This document shows positions 1-9,471 of a DNA stretch of 64,000 nucleotides, piece after piece. Position numbers and translations under genes: made by a program. The notes below the pieces were generated by a model, which did no database searches, was not told the DNA's origin, and saw nothing but the letters and a program-made list of their open reading frames with translations. The DNA is from an uncultured Gemmatimonadales bacterium (GTDB lineage Bacteria; Gemmatimonadota; Gemmatimonadetes; Longimicrobiales; RSA9). The stretch spans positions 96,001 to 160,000 of the forward strand of contig CAWFKH010000001.1 in NCBI GenBank assembly GCA_963816355.1, written 5' to 3'. Numbering within the stretch: the stretch's first letter is position 1; every line of letters starts with the position of its first letter.

Positions 1-533
1 GCGGAGCCGCTGGCTCCCTGCAGGTCGGCGAAGAATGCGGAGGACGCCGCGCGAATGCTCGCTTCGTCGCTCAACGCGCGCGTGCCGTCCGGCTGGTGCA
101 GCGGAAGCTGGCTCCGCTCCGCCTCATCGTAGTCCGAAGACGGCGGATCGAAGCGGATCTCGACGCCCCGGCCGGGATCAACGCTCAGCCCTTCGCCGAC
201 GAGGATCACGAAATAATTGTAGCTGCCGCCCCCGGGGGGCGCCTGCCACGCGTCGGGCTGATTGATGACGCTCTCCGGCCCGTTGAGGTCCGGCACATCG
301 ACCGGGTCGGACGCGGGGAAAGCGCGCTTCCGTACACGATAGCGGGGCCGCCACGCCCTCAGCGGCGCGGCGTCGAAGAACGCCGCCACCGCGCTCGCGA
401 GCGTGTCGTTCCAGAGACCCTGGCGCACCATCAGGTCGAGAAGGTGGAGCGCCGGATCGGAGGACGAGAACGCGTTGCCGGCGAGCAGGTCGGCGACCGG
501 CCGCAGGACGCTCGACGGGATGTGTCGTTGCAT
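1..533 (-). CDS. hypothetical protein, partial (runs off left edge)
   Basis: ATG at 533 preceded by GAGGGGG; no stop in this frame down to position 1 (MQRHIPSSVLRPVADLLAGNAFSS...). Absent from the ORF track because it has no stop in the window. No family recognised. Confidence 0.55.
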   Translation of the reverse strand, partial: MQRHIPSSVLRPVADLLAGNAFSSSDPALHLLDLMVRQGLWNDTLASAVAAFFDAAPLRAWRPRYRVRKRAFPASDPVDVPDLNGPESVINQPDAWQAPPGGGSYNYFVILVGEGLSVDPGRGVEIRFDPPSSDYDEAERSQLPLHQPDGTRALSDEASIRAASSAFFADLQGASGS

Positions 534-757
534 TCAGCCCCCTCGGATTCGATGCTTCAGGAGATCAGGGTGCTTCGCGGGCATGAGGATGGTCTTACGC
601 GCAAGCGCGAGGCCGCCGCCGGATCAGGGCGGCGTCCACGCTGCGGCCGACGCGGTTCGCCGGCGCCATCCCCGCGCCGCGACGCACGAGGCCGCGAGCA
701 GCCTGCGCGGCGCCCCCCACCCCGATCCCGCCTCTGCTCGCTTCGCCCGCTCTCGCC

Positions 758-1498
758 TCACAACGATTCTCCCAGCGCAGATTCCACCCGCTCCCTGTAG
801 GTACGGCTGAGGCGCAGTTCGGTGCCATCGTCGAGGCGGACGCGATAGTCGCGGCCGTCGCGCGTGTGCAGCTCGCGGACGCGGTCGAGGTTGACGATCG
901 TCGAGCGGTGGATGCGGACGAAGCCCGCGGCGGCGAGCGTCTCCTCCAGCTCCTGCAGTGTGCGCTGCACGAGGTGCGCGCCGCCGGCCCCGTGGACGCG
1001 GGCGTAGTCGCCGGCGCCCTCGATCCAGTCGACCTCGTCGAGGCGGAGCAGCACGGTGCGGCGGCCGGAGCGCGCGACGAGGTGGCGCGGCGGCTCCGTC
1101 CCGCCGGCGCCGGCCTCCGTGAGCGCGCGCCGGACGCGGCGCAGCGTGCGCGCGAAGCGGAGGTCGTCGAACGGCTTCACGAGGTAGTCGAGAGCGGCGA
1201 CGTCGAATGCGCGGACGGCGAAGTCGTCGTGCGCGGTGACGAAGACGATGTGCGGGCGCTCGCGGCGGCCGAGCAGGCGCAGCAGCTCGAAGCCGTCGCC
1301 GCCGGGCATGCGGACGTCGAGGAAGAGGAGGTCCGGGTCGGCCGCCTCGATCGCGGTCGCGGCTTCGCGTGCGGAGCCGAACTCGCCGACGACGGTGAAG
1401 CCGGGCTGGCGTTCCAGGCGGAGGCGCAGGTTGCTGCGCGCGAGCGGCTCGTCGTCGACGACGACCGTTCGGATCGGCGCGGCACGGGGCGGCCTCAT
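758..1498 (-). CDS. LytTR-family response regulator
   Basis: REC domain (VVVDDEPLAR, FLDVRMP, FVTAHDDFAV, YLVKPF) plus LytTR domain (DWIEGAGDY, FVRIHRSTIVN, LSRTYR); overlaps the kinase stop. Confidence 0.95.
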   Translation of the reverse strand: MRPPRAAPIRTVVVDDEPLARSNLRLRLERQPGFTVVGEFGSAREAATAIEAADPDLLFLDVRMPGGDGFELLRLLGRRERPHIVFVTAHDDFAVRAFDVAALDYLVKPFDDLRFARTLRRVRRALTEAGAGGTEPPRHLVARSGRRTVLLRLDEVDWIEGAGDYARVHGAGGAHLVQRTLQELEETLAAAGFVRIHRSTIVNLDRVRELHTRDGRDYRVRLDDGTELRLSRTYRERVESALGESL

Positions 1499-2754
1499 CC
1501 GGCCTCGCCCTCGCCGGATGGCTCACCGGCCGCGCGGAACGGCAGCGTCACTACCGCAGCGGTGCCGCGCGGGCGCAGACGCCGCAGCGTGAGCGCGGCG
1601 TCCTCGCCGTAGGCGACGGCGAGGCGGGCGGCGACGTTGGCGAGTCCGACGGCGCGGCGGTCGCCGTCGTCGGGCGGCGAGGCGCCCGGGGCGGCGGCGT
1701 CCGCGGCGGCGGCTTCGGCCCCGGGGCCGTCGTCGCGGACGGCGAGGCAGAGGCGGTCGCCGTCGCGGCGCGCTTCGATCGAGATGCGGCCGGCGCGCGG
1801 GTCGACGGCCACGGCGTGGTGGACGGCGTTCTCGACGAGCGGCTGCAGCAGGAGCGGCGGCACGAGCGCGTCGTCGCAGTCGGGCTGGATGCGGTACTCG
1901 ACGCCCAGGCGGTCGGGGAATCGCGTGCGCTCGACCTCGAGGTAGCCTTCGAGGAGGCCGATCTCGGCGGCGAGCGGGTGGAGGGCCCCGGGATCGATCT
2001 CGAGCGTCGCGCGCAGGAGGCGGCCGAGGCGCGCCAGCATGCGCTCGGCGGCGCGGCTCTCGCCCGCGACGACGAGCGAGGAGACCGCGTGCAGCGCGTT
2101 GAAGAGGAAGTGCGGCTGGAGCTGGCCGTGCAGCGCGTCGAGCTTCGCCTGCGCGAGCGAGGACCGGAGCTCGGCGGCCTGCGCGGCGAGGCGCGCCGCG
2201 GCGGCGTCGCGGTCGCGGAAGCGGCGGTGGAAGACGAGCGCGTAGTGGACGCCGACGATCATCGCGTACGTCAGCAGCCCGGTCGCGGACTTGATGGTGA
2301 GGTACTTGGCGAAGGCGTGGGGCAGCGCCTCGATGCGCGGATCACGCCAGATCACCCACTGCACGACGACGACGTAGATCGCGATCTGCGCCGCGACGGC
2401 GGCGACGGCGGCGATGGCGTGAAGGCCGACGACCGCGCGGCGGCCGCGGCGGCCGTCGTCGATGCGGGCGGCGACGCGGACGATGGCGGGCGCGAGCGCG
2501 GCCCACGTGTACCAGGCGACCATGGTGAGGCCGAGCGCGCGGCCGAAGCCGATCGGCGACCCGTCCATGGCGCTGCGCAGGTAGAGCTCGGCGCCCTGCG
2601 CGAGGCCGAGCACGGTCCAGCCGCCGAGCACGAGGAGCGCCGGCAGGTGGCGGCCGCCCGCCGGGGCGCGACGGTCTCCGGTGGGCGGGCCGGGGTACGC
2701 GACGCCGTTCGGCGGGGGAGCGGCGGGGGCGGAGGCGGGCGTCGTCGTGCTCAA
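1495..2754 (-). CDS. LytS/YehU-type membrane sensor histidine kinase
   Basis: N-terminal TM helices; QLQPHFLFNALH, LLQPLVENAVHH, VRDDGPG, GLANV motifs; TTG start. Confidence 0.93.
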   Translation of the reverse strand: MSTTTPASAPAAPPPNGVAYPGPPTGDRRAPAGGRHLPALLVLGGWTVLGLAQGAELYLRSAMDGSPIGFGRALGLTMVAWYTWAALAPAIVRVAARIDDGRRGRRAVVGLHAIAAVAAVAAQIAIYVVVVQWVIWRDPRIEALPHAFAKYLTIKSATGLLTYAMIVGVHYALVFHRRFRDRDAAAARLAAQAAELRSSLAQAKLDALHGQLQPHFLFNALHAVSSLVVAGESRAAERMLARLGRLLRATLEIDPGALHPLAAEIGLLEGYLEVERTRFPDRLGVEYRIQPDCDDALVPPLLLQPLVENAVHHAVAVDPRAGRISIEARRDGDRLCLAVRDDGPGAEAAAADAAAPGASPPDDGDRRAVGLANVAARLAVAYGEDAALTLRRLRPRGTAAVVTLPFRAAGEPSGEGEAG

Positions 2755-2773
2755 TCGCGTCCGGGGTCCGGGC

Positions 2774-5020
2774 TCAGTACGCGAGCTGGTAGCTGGCCTT
2801 GAGGATGAGCGTGTGCTGCGGCGTCGCGTCCAGCGCGGCGTCGCCGCTCAGCGCGCGCGTGTAGATCAGGTAGAGGTCGCGGCCGTCGTCCAGATTGTAG
2901 CGCAGGCGGGCGTTGGCGGAAATGCCGCCGGTCGCGGTGGTGTACTGGAGCAGCGTCGCGAGGGACGCGTGCAGGTCGAGCGCGGCGCGCGCGCGCAGCC
3001 GGACGACGTCGCCGCGGAACGTCTGGCCACGCGCCGCGAAGCGGGCGCGGTTGAGCTGGTAGTCTGCGACGAGCGCGAGGTGCGAGGACGGGTTCCAGGT
3101 GGAGCCGAGCGCGAGCGAGGCGCGCCAGCCGTCGTAGAAGCGGCCGGCGTCGATGGCGAGGGTCGGACGCAGCAGCGTGCCGGGCCCCGCGACGACGTCG
3201 ACGACCGCGTGCGCGTAGCGGTACGTCCCGGGCGGCACGCGCGCTTCGCCGAGGCGGAGCGTATCGGGCAGGGCGTCGCCATCCTCGCGCAGCGCGAGCT
3301 GGAGGAAGGTGCCCGCCTTCAGCGAGGCGAAGCCGCCGCCGCTCACGGAGGCGGTCTGGGTGCGGCCGAGGTCCGGGTCGAGGAAGAAGCTGAGGTCCGT
3401 GAAGAGGCCGCTGGTGCGGAAGCGGGAGGCGCCGCCGTGCAGCCACGTCCGCGACAGGCCGCCGCCGAGCCAGGTGAAGTCGCGCCGCCGCAGGAAGCCG
3501 AGCGCCGGGTCGTAGCCGGCGCCGGAGTAGGTGAAGCCGCCGTAGTAGCCGAGCCCTTCCTGGCGGCGGCGCTCCCATTCGACGCGCGCGAGCGAGCCGC
3601 TGCCCTCGGCGGCGACGCCGGCGGCGGCGGTGTTCCGGTTGAAGCTCTGGCTCCACACGATCGAGAGGTAGTCGTCGCCCCTCACGCGCAGCAGCGCGTC
3701 GACGCCGTAGGCGAGGCCACGCTCGCCGCCGGGGCCGAAGCGGCTGGTCGTGATCGCGCCCACGTACGAATACGGGTTCAGCATAGTGCGCCGCGCGCGC
3801 AACACGGAGGCGTTCTCGCCGCGCCGGCCGCCGGCGCCGTCGACCTGCATCGTCAACGCACCGACGTCCCACGCGCCGACGCGGCCGGCCACGCGCGCGC
3901 CGCCGAGGATCGGCAGCGGCTCGCCCGCGGGGTCGAGTCCGATGCGGCGGCTGTGGAAGACGCGGCTCACGCCGCCGAGGCCGAAGTCGAAAACGGAGGC
4001 GCGCTCCTGGAAGAACTGCCGCTTCTCCGGCTGGAACAGCGAGAAGCGGGTCAGGTTCACCTGCTGATCGTCCGCCTCCGCCTGCGCGAAGTCCGTGTTG
4101 ACGGTGAGGTCGAGCGTGAGATTGCCGGCGAGCGCGTAGCGCAGGTCCCCGCCGACGTCGCCGGAGCCGAGCGCGCGCGCCGGCGCGTCCGGCGCCCCCG
4201 CCGGGTCGCTGCGACGCGCGAGCGCGTACGGCGTCAGGTAGACCGGGTTGCGCGGGTGGACGCCGCGCAGCGTGACCTTCGCCGCCTGCGACGGCTTGCG
4301 CTGGCCGCGCGACCAGAGCGGCGGCACATCGGGATAGATGTGGCGCTCGTTGGTGCGCGCGATGTAGCGCGACACGAGCAGTCCCATCGTGACGACGGAG
4401 TCGCGCGCCTGGAAGCGCAGCGACGACAGCGGGATCCGCATCTCCGTCGACCAGCCGTCCGCCGTGCGGACGCTGCGCACCTCCCACACGGCGTCCCAGT
4501 CGTTGTTCGTGCCGTTGCCGCGCGCGTCCGCCTCGCCGTCGTTGTAGACCTCCGTGTCGATCTTCAGCCCGAGCGGCGTCGTGATGAACTGCACCGCCGT
4601 CGTGTTGTCGTCGAACGTGTCGAGAAGCAGCTCGAACGTGTCGTCGCCGTCCCACAGGTCGCGGTAGAGCGAGTTGGCCTGCACCGCCACGTGCCGCTCG
4701 CCGAACACGCCGAGCGCGTAGATGTAGCGGTCGTCGTACGCCACGCGGATCTCACTCGACTCCGTCGGCGGGGCGCCGTGCGTGGGGGAATAGACGGCGA
4801 GCGGCAGCGGCGGCACCGCGCGCCACGCGGCGTCGTCGCCCCTGCCGTCCAGCTCGATCGCGCCGCGCAGGCGGGGCAGCGGCCGCGGCGCCGCGCCCGC
4901 CGCCGCCGGCTCCGCCGACGCCGCGTCGGCCTGGGCGGCAGCAGGCACCGGCACGGTCCAGGCGAGCGCCACGGCGAGCGCCGCTCCGGCGGATCGGACG
5001 GCGCGACAACGCGTTCTCAA
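2774..5020 (-). CDS. secreted CBM9-like/DUF5916 outer-membrane protein
   Basis: Signal peptide; IELDGRGDD..W CBM9-like N-terminus; DLTVNTDFAQAEADDQQVNLTRFSLFQPEKRQFFQE signature; beta-strand-rich C-terminus. Confidence 0.85.
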   Translation of the reverse strand: MRTRCRAVRSAGAALAVALAWTVPVPAAAQADAASAEPAAAGAAPRPLPRLRGAIELDGRGDDAAWRAVPPLPLAVYSPTHGAPPTESSEIRVAYDDRYIYALGVFGERHVAVQANSLYRDLWDGDDTFELLLDTFDDNTTAVQFITTPLGLKIDTEVYNDGEADARGNGTNNDWDAVWEVRSVRTADGWSTEMRIPLSSLRFQARDSVVTMGLLVSRYIARTNERHIYPDVPPLWSRGQRKPSQAAKVTLRGVHPRNPVYLTPYALARRSDPAGAPDAPARALGSGDVGGDLRYALAGNLTLDLTVNTDFAQAEADDQQVNLTRFSLFQPEKRQFFQERASVFDFGLGGVSRVFHSRRIGLDPAGEPLPILGGARVAGRVGAWDVGALTMQVDGAGGRRGENASVLRARRTMLNPYSYVGAITTSRFGPGGERGLAYGVDALLRVRGDDYLSIVWSQSFNRNTAAAGVAAEGSGSLARVEWERRRQEGLGYYGGFTYSGAGYDPALGFLRRRDFTWLGGGLSRTWLHGGASRFRTSGLFTDLSFFLDPDLGRTQTASVSGGGFASLKAGTFLQLALREDGDALPDTLRLGEARVPPGTYRYAHAVVDVVAGPGTLLRPTLAIDAGRFYDGWRASLALGSTWNPSSHLALVADYQLNRARFAARGQTFRGDVVRLRARAALDLHASLATLLQYTTATGGISANARLRYNLDDGRDLYLIYTRALSGDAALDATPQHTLILKASYQLAY

Positions 5021-5191
5021 CGAGGCTCCTCCGCGTGCGGGTGAGCCTCATTGATCTCGCACGCGAAGCAGGACGGGCAAGCGGGCATCGGCGGGGCGGC
5101 GCCGCCGGGGGTCGAGCGGGCGCGCGGCGCCGGTGGACCGCCGGTGCCGCCGGCGGAGGCGACGCCCCGGCTGCGGGCCTCGTGCCGGCGC

Positions 5192-5566
5192 TCAGGTGGC
5201 CGGGATCACCATCGTGATGGTGTCGCCGGGCGCGACGCCGATCTCCTGCGAGATCGGCGTCGCGTTGCCGCCCACGGGGTCGCCGAGGAAGCGCAGGGCC
5301 GTGCTCCCGAAGAGCAGGCTGGCGGGGATCGTGAAGCTGGTGGTCGCGTTGCCGGGCGCGAGGCCGAGGCGGCGGCGCGCGCCGGACCTCGGATAGACGT
5401 AGATCGCCATGTCCAGGAAGTTATGGTTTTCGACCTGGATCACGGCGGCCGCCTGCGCAGGCGTCGAGTTCCGTCCGCTCTGCGGCGCGCTCGCGCAGGC
5501 GGCGAGCGCGCAGGCGGCGAGCAGCACCGGTGCCGCGAGACGGAGGGGGAGGCGCGGGCTCTTCAT
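5192..5566 (-). CDS. small lipoprotein, hypothetical
   Basis: Lipobox-like LAAC; beta-rich domain (VIQVENHNFLDMAIYV). Confidence 0.75.
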   Translation of the reverse strand: MKSPRLPLRLAAPVLLAACALAACASAPQSGRNSTPAQAAAVIQVENHNFLDMAIYVYPRSGARRRLGLAPGNATTSFTIPASLLFGSTALRFLGDPVGGNATPISQEIGVAPGDTITMVIPAT

Positions 5567-5740
5567 GGTTCCACCCTTCGTGGGAGGTGCGGGGCTTCAC
5601 GGTCGAGCGTACCCCATGATCCGCGCCGCCGTTCACTGGAGGAATCGTGCCGGCGCTGCCGCGGTGGCCTTTTCCCGCGACGAGGTGTACGTATTGCAGT
5701 GGGTCCGCACCCCCGACCGACACCTCAATCGAGCGAGGTC

Positions 5741-6043
5741 ATGATGAGGAAGACGCTGCGCTGCCGCGACGTCGGGCTGGACTGCGAGTTCGTTGCCCGC
5801 GGCGACACCGAGGACGAAGTCATGTCGCGCGTGTCGGAGCACGCGCGCGCCGCGCACGGAATGGGCGCCATTCCCGCCGAGATCCGCCAGCGGGCCCGCG
5901 CCGCCATCCGGGACGAGCAGATGGAGCGCCACGAGCCGCCACGCACGACGACCGGGCCGCTCACGGCGCCCAAGTTCGGCTCCGCCGGCAGCGGCGGCGC
6001 CGAGTACGAACGGCTCCCGGAGCAACACGACGACGAGGACTGA
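5741..6043 (+). CDS. DUF1059-like small metal-binding protein with C-terminal extension
   Basis: MMRKTLRCRDVGLDCEFVARGDTEDEVMSRVSEHARAAHGM (Cys/Cys/His/His pattern); GAGG upstream of ATG 5741. Confidence 0.8.
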   Translation: MMRKTLRCRDVGLDCEFVARGDTEDEVMSRVSEHARAAHGMGAIPAEIRQRARAAIRDEQMERHEPPRTTTGPLTAPKFGSAGSGGAEYERLPEQHDDED

Positions 6044-6809
6044 TCGGCGCCGGGCGGGCGCCGCGGCGGTCCTCTCACTGGCGCTCCTCTCGGTGGCCGC
6101 GCCGCGGCTCGGCGCGCAGGTCGTGCGGGGCGCGCTCGTGCGCGAGGACACGGGCACGCCGATCGCCGGCGGCGTGGTGACGCTCGTGCTCGAGAGGCCG
6201 ACGACGACGGTCGACTCGACGCGCGCCGACGGCCGCGGCCGCTTCCTGCTGCGCGCTCCCCATCCCGGCCTCTACCGCCTCTACTTCGCGAGCGAGGGAT
6301 ACGCGACGGCGCCGTCGGACACCTTCGCCCTCGCGGCGAGAGACACGGTGGAGCGCCGATTCGCGGTGCCGCTGCTGTCGACCGCCGCAATGGAGAGCGT
6401 GGGCCGCACGATCGACTTCGAGAAGCGGCTGCAGGGAGACCTCACCGAGCTGTGCGGCGAGCGGCCGCGCTCGTGGGAGGCGGGGCTGCTCGTCGGCACC
6501 GTGCGAGCGCGGGAAGGCGGCCGCCCGGTCGCGGGTGCGGCCGTGCGCGTCGAGGCGCCGGCGAGGGGCGGCGGGGCGCCGTTCCGCCGCGCCACGCGCA
6601 CGAGCGCGAACGGCGTCTTCGTGGTGTGCAACGTTCCCGCGGGCGCCGCCACGCTGCGGGTCGAGGCGCCGGGGTTCCGGCCGGACACGGGCGCGGTGGA
6701 GGCGAGGGCGGGAGCGGTCGGGTGGTTCGACATCGAGCTCGAAACGGCCGCGGGGGCGGCGAGGGATACGAGCGCCGCCCGGACTTGCGCGGACGGGTCG
6801 GCGCCGTAG
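6043..6809 (+). CDS. secreted protein with two carboxypeptidase-regulatory-like (transthyretin-fold) domains; start codon unclear
   Basis: Signal-like RRRAGAAAVLSLALLSVAAPRLGAQ, then VRGALVREDTGTPIAGGVV..DGRGRFLL..PGLYRL and a second copy (GTVRAREGGRPVAGAAV..NGVFVVCNVPAG). No in-frame ATG before the signal peptide; see frameshift finding. Confidence 0.7.
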
Positions 6810-6819
6810 CATTCCCCCC

Positions 6820-9471
6820 ATGACGACGAGAACGATGAGGGTGGCCGCCGCGGCGGCCACGGCGGTGGCCGCGCTGGCGGCGGCGCCGGCGTCGCGCACG
6901 CTGGCGCAGGCGCCCGGACAGACGCACGAGGGCGCGGCGGCGCTCGGCCTGGCGCTGCGCAAGCTGGGTACGACGAAGCGCGTGCTGATGGTGGGCGCCC
7001 ACCCGGACGACGAGAACACGGCGCTGCTGGCGGAGCTGGCGCTGGGCGAGGGCGCGGACGTGGCGTACCTCTCGCTGACGCGCGGCGAGGGCGGCCAGGA
7101 CCTGATCGGGCCGCAGCTCGAAGAGGGGCTGGGGCTCATTCGCACCGAGGAGCTGCTGGCGGCGCGTCGTCTCGACGGCGCCCGGCAATTCTTCGCCCGC
7201 ACTTACGACTTCGGCTTCTCGAAGAACGCGGACGAGTCGTTCGGGCACTGGCCGCGCGACTCGGTGCTCTCGGACGTGGTGGCGGTGATCCGCCGCTTCC
7301 GGCCGGACGTGCTGGTCCCCGTCTTCAGCGGCACGCCGCGCGACGGACACGGCCAGCACCAGGTGTCCGGCATCGTGGCGCGCGAGGCGTTCCACGCCGC
7401 CGCCGATCCGGCGCGCTTCCCGGAGCAGATCCGGGCGGGGCTGCGGCCGTGGCAGCCGAAGTACCTGGTGCAGGCGCTCTACCGGCCGCAGGGCGAGATC
7501 CGGCTCCGCGTCGAGACGGGCGCCTACGACCCGCTGCTCGGCCGCTCCTACTTCCAGGTCGCGATGGCGAGCCGCAGCCGGCACCGCTCGCAGGACATGG
7601 GACAGGCACAGCCGCCCGGACCGCGCACCGTCGCGCTCGACCCGCAGATGGGCGGCTTCCCCGCCGGCGCGCATTCCCTCTTCACCGGCATCGACACCAC
7701 GCTCACGCAGTGGGCGGGCGATGTCGACGCCGCGCCCGCCGGCGCCCGCGCGCGCGTCCTGGCCACGCTCGGCGCCTACCGCGACGCCGTCGCCGCCGCG
7801 AAGGCGCGCTTCAACCCGCTCGAAGAGGCGCCGACGCGAGCCGCGCTGCTGAGGGCGGTGACGCTGCTCGCGTCGGCCGACAGCGCCGCCGCGGCGCTTC
7901 CGGCGGACGCGGCCGCCGAGCTGCGCTTCCGCATCGCCGCCGAGCGCGCGCAGGCGCAGCACGCGGCGTGGGAGGCTTCCGACGTCGTCTTCGACGCGAC
8001 CGCCGACGCCCAGCGCGTCGTGCCGGGCGAAAGCTTCGAGCTGACGCTCACGCTGTGGAACGGCGGCGACACGCCGGTGCGGATCGCGGCGCTGGAGCCG
8101 CTGCTGCCCGAGGGCTGGAGCGCCCGGCCGCTCGCCGACGAGGGCACGGTGGTGCCGCCGCAGACGCTCGCGCGCCGCGCGTTCCGCGTCGAGATCCCGC
8201 GCGACGCGCGGCCGACGGAGCCCTACTACCTGCGCCGCCCCCGCAACGGTGATCTGTACGCGTGGCCGGACGATCCATCGCTGCGCGGCCTGCCGTTCGA
8301 GCCGGCGCGGGTGCGGGCGGCGGCGAGCGTCGAGGTGGGCGGCGTCGTCCTGACGCGCGACGAGGACGCCACCTTCGTCGACGTGGACAAGGCGCAGGGC
8401 GAGCGGCGCCTGCCGATCCTCGTGGTGCCGGCGGTGTCGGTCGCGGTGAGCCCGGACGTCGCGGTGGTGCCGGTCGGCGCGCCGGCCGCGGGCGGGGCGG
8501 CGAGCGACCGCTCGCGCGTGTTCACGGTGCAGCTTCTCGGCGAGGCGGCGAAGCCGCTTTCCGGCACGGTACGGCTCACGGCGCCGGCCGGATGGACGGT
8601 CGAGCCGGCGTCGGTGCCGGTGTCGTTCGAGCGGCCGGGCGACGAGCGCGCGGCGCGCTTCACCGTGCGGCCGCCAGCGTCGCCCGCCGCGGGCGAGGTC
8701 GAGGTCCACGCGAGGTTCGAGGCGGCCGACGGCCGCGGCTACGCGCGCGGCTACACGGTGATCGACTACCCGCACATCCGGCCGCGCACGCTCTACCACG
8801 ACGCGACGTCGATCGTCTCCGTCTTCCCCGTGACGGTGCCCGCCGGGCTGCGCGTGGGCTACGTCATGGGCGCGGGCGACGACGGCCCGGAGGCGCTGCG
8901 CCAGATGGGCGTGTCCGTCGACCTGCTGGACGCACGCGCGCTCGCGGCCGGCGACCTGTCGAGGTACGACGCGGTGGTCACCGGCATCCGCGCCTTCGAG
9001 GTGCGGCCCGATCTCACATCGCACAACGACCGCCTGCTGCGCTACGTGCAGAACGGCGGCACGCTCGTCGTGCAGTACAACAAGTACGAGCTGCCGCAGG
9101 GCGGCTACGCCCCCTATCCGTTCAGCATCGCGCGCCCGCACGACCGCGTCACCGACGAGGACGCCGCGGTCACGCTACTGAAGCCGGACGCGCGGGCGCT
9201 GTCGTGGCCGAACCGCATCACGCCGGCGGACTTCGAGGGGTGGATCCAGGACAAGGGGCTCTACTTCGCGCACGAATGGGATCCGCACTACACGCCGCTG
9301 CTGTCGATGCACGACCCGGGCGATCCACCGCTCGAGGGCGGCCTGCTCGTGGCGCCGTACGGCAAGGGGACCTACGTCTACACCGGCCTCGCCTTCTTCC
9401 GCCAGCTCCCCGCCGGCGTGCCGGGCGCCTACCGGCTCCTCGCCAACCTCGTCTCGCTCGGCCAACATTGA
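6820..9471 (+). CDS. secreted PIG-L/LmbE-family deacetylase with NEW3/Ig-like and C-terminal glutamine-amidotransferase-like domains
   Basis: Signal peptide; GAHPDDE, TRGEGGQ, DFGFSK, HGQHQ motifs; C-terminal GGTLVVQYN..YTGLAFFRQLPAGVPGAYRLLANL. Confidence 0.9.
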   Translation: MTTRTMRVAAAAATAVAALAAAPASRTLAQAPGQTHEGAAALGLALRKLGTTKRVLMVGAHPDDENTALLAELALGEGADVAYLSLTRGEGGQDLIGPQLEEGLGLIRTEELLAARRLDGARQFFARTYDFGFSKNADESFGHWPRDSVLSDVVAVIRRFRPDVLVPVFSGTPRDGHGQHQVSGIVAREAFHAAADPARFPEQIRAGLRPWQPKYLVQALYRPQGEIRLRVETGAYDPLLGRSYFQVAMASRSRHRSQDMGQAQPPGPRTVALDPQMGGFPAGAHSLFTGIDTTLTQWAGDVDAAPAGARARVLATLGAYRDAVAAAKARFNPLEEAPTRAALLRAVTLLASADSAAAALPADAAAELRFRIAAERAQAQHAAWEASDVVFDATADAQRVVPGESFELTLTLWNGGDTPVRIAALEPLLPEGWSARPLADEGTVVPPQTLARRAFRVEIPRDARPTEPYYLRRPRNGDLYAWPDDPSLRGLPFEPARVRAAASVEVGGVVLTRDEDATFVDVDKAQGERRLPILVVPAVSVAVSPDVAVVPVGAPAAGGAASDRSRVFTVQLLGEAAKPLSGTVRLTAPAGWTVEPASVPVSFERPGDERAARFTVRPPASPAAGEVEVHARFEAADGRGYARGYTVIDYPHIRPRTLYHDATSIVSVFPVTVPAGLRVGYVMGAGDDGPEALRQMGVSVDLLDARALAAGDLSRYDAVVTGIRAFEVRPDLTSHNDRLLRYVQNGGTLVVQYNKYELPQGGYAPYPFSIARPHDRVTDEDAAVTLLKPDARALSWPNRITPADFEGWIQDKGLYFAHEWDPHYTPLLSMHDPGDPPLEGGLLVAPYGKGTYVYTGLAFFRQLPAGVPGAYRLLANLVSLGQH

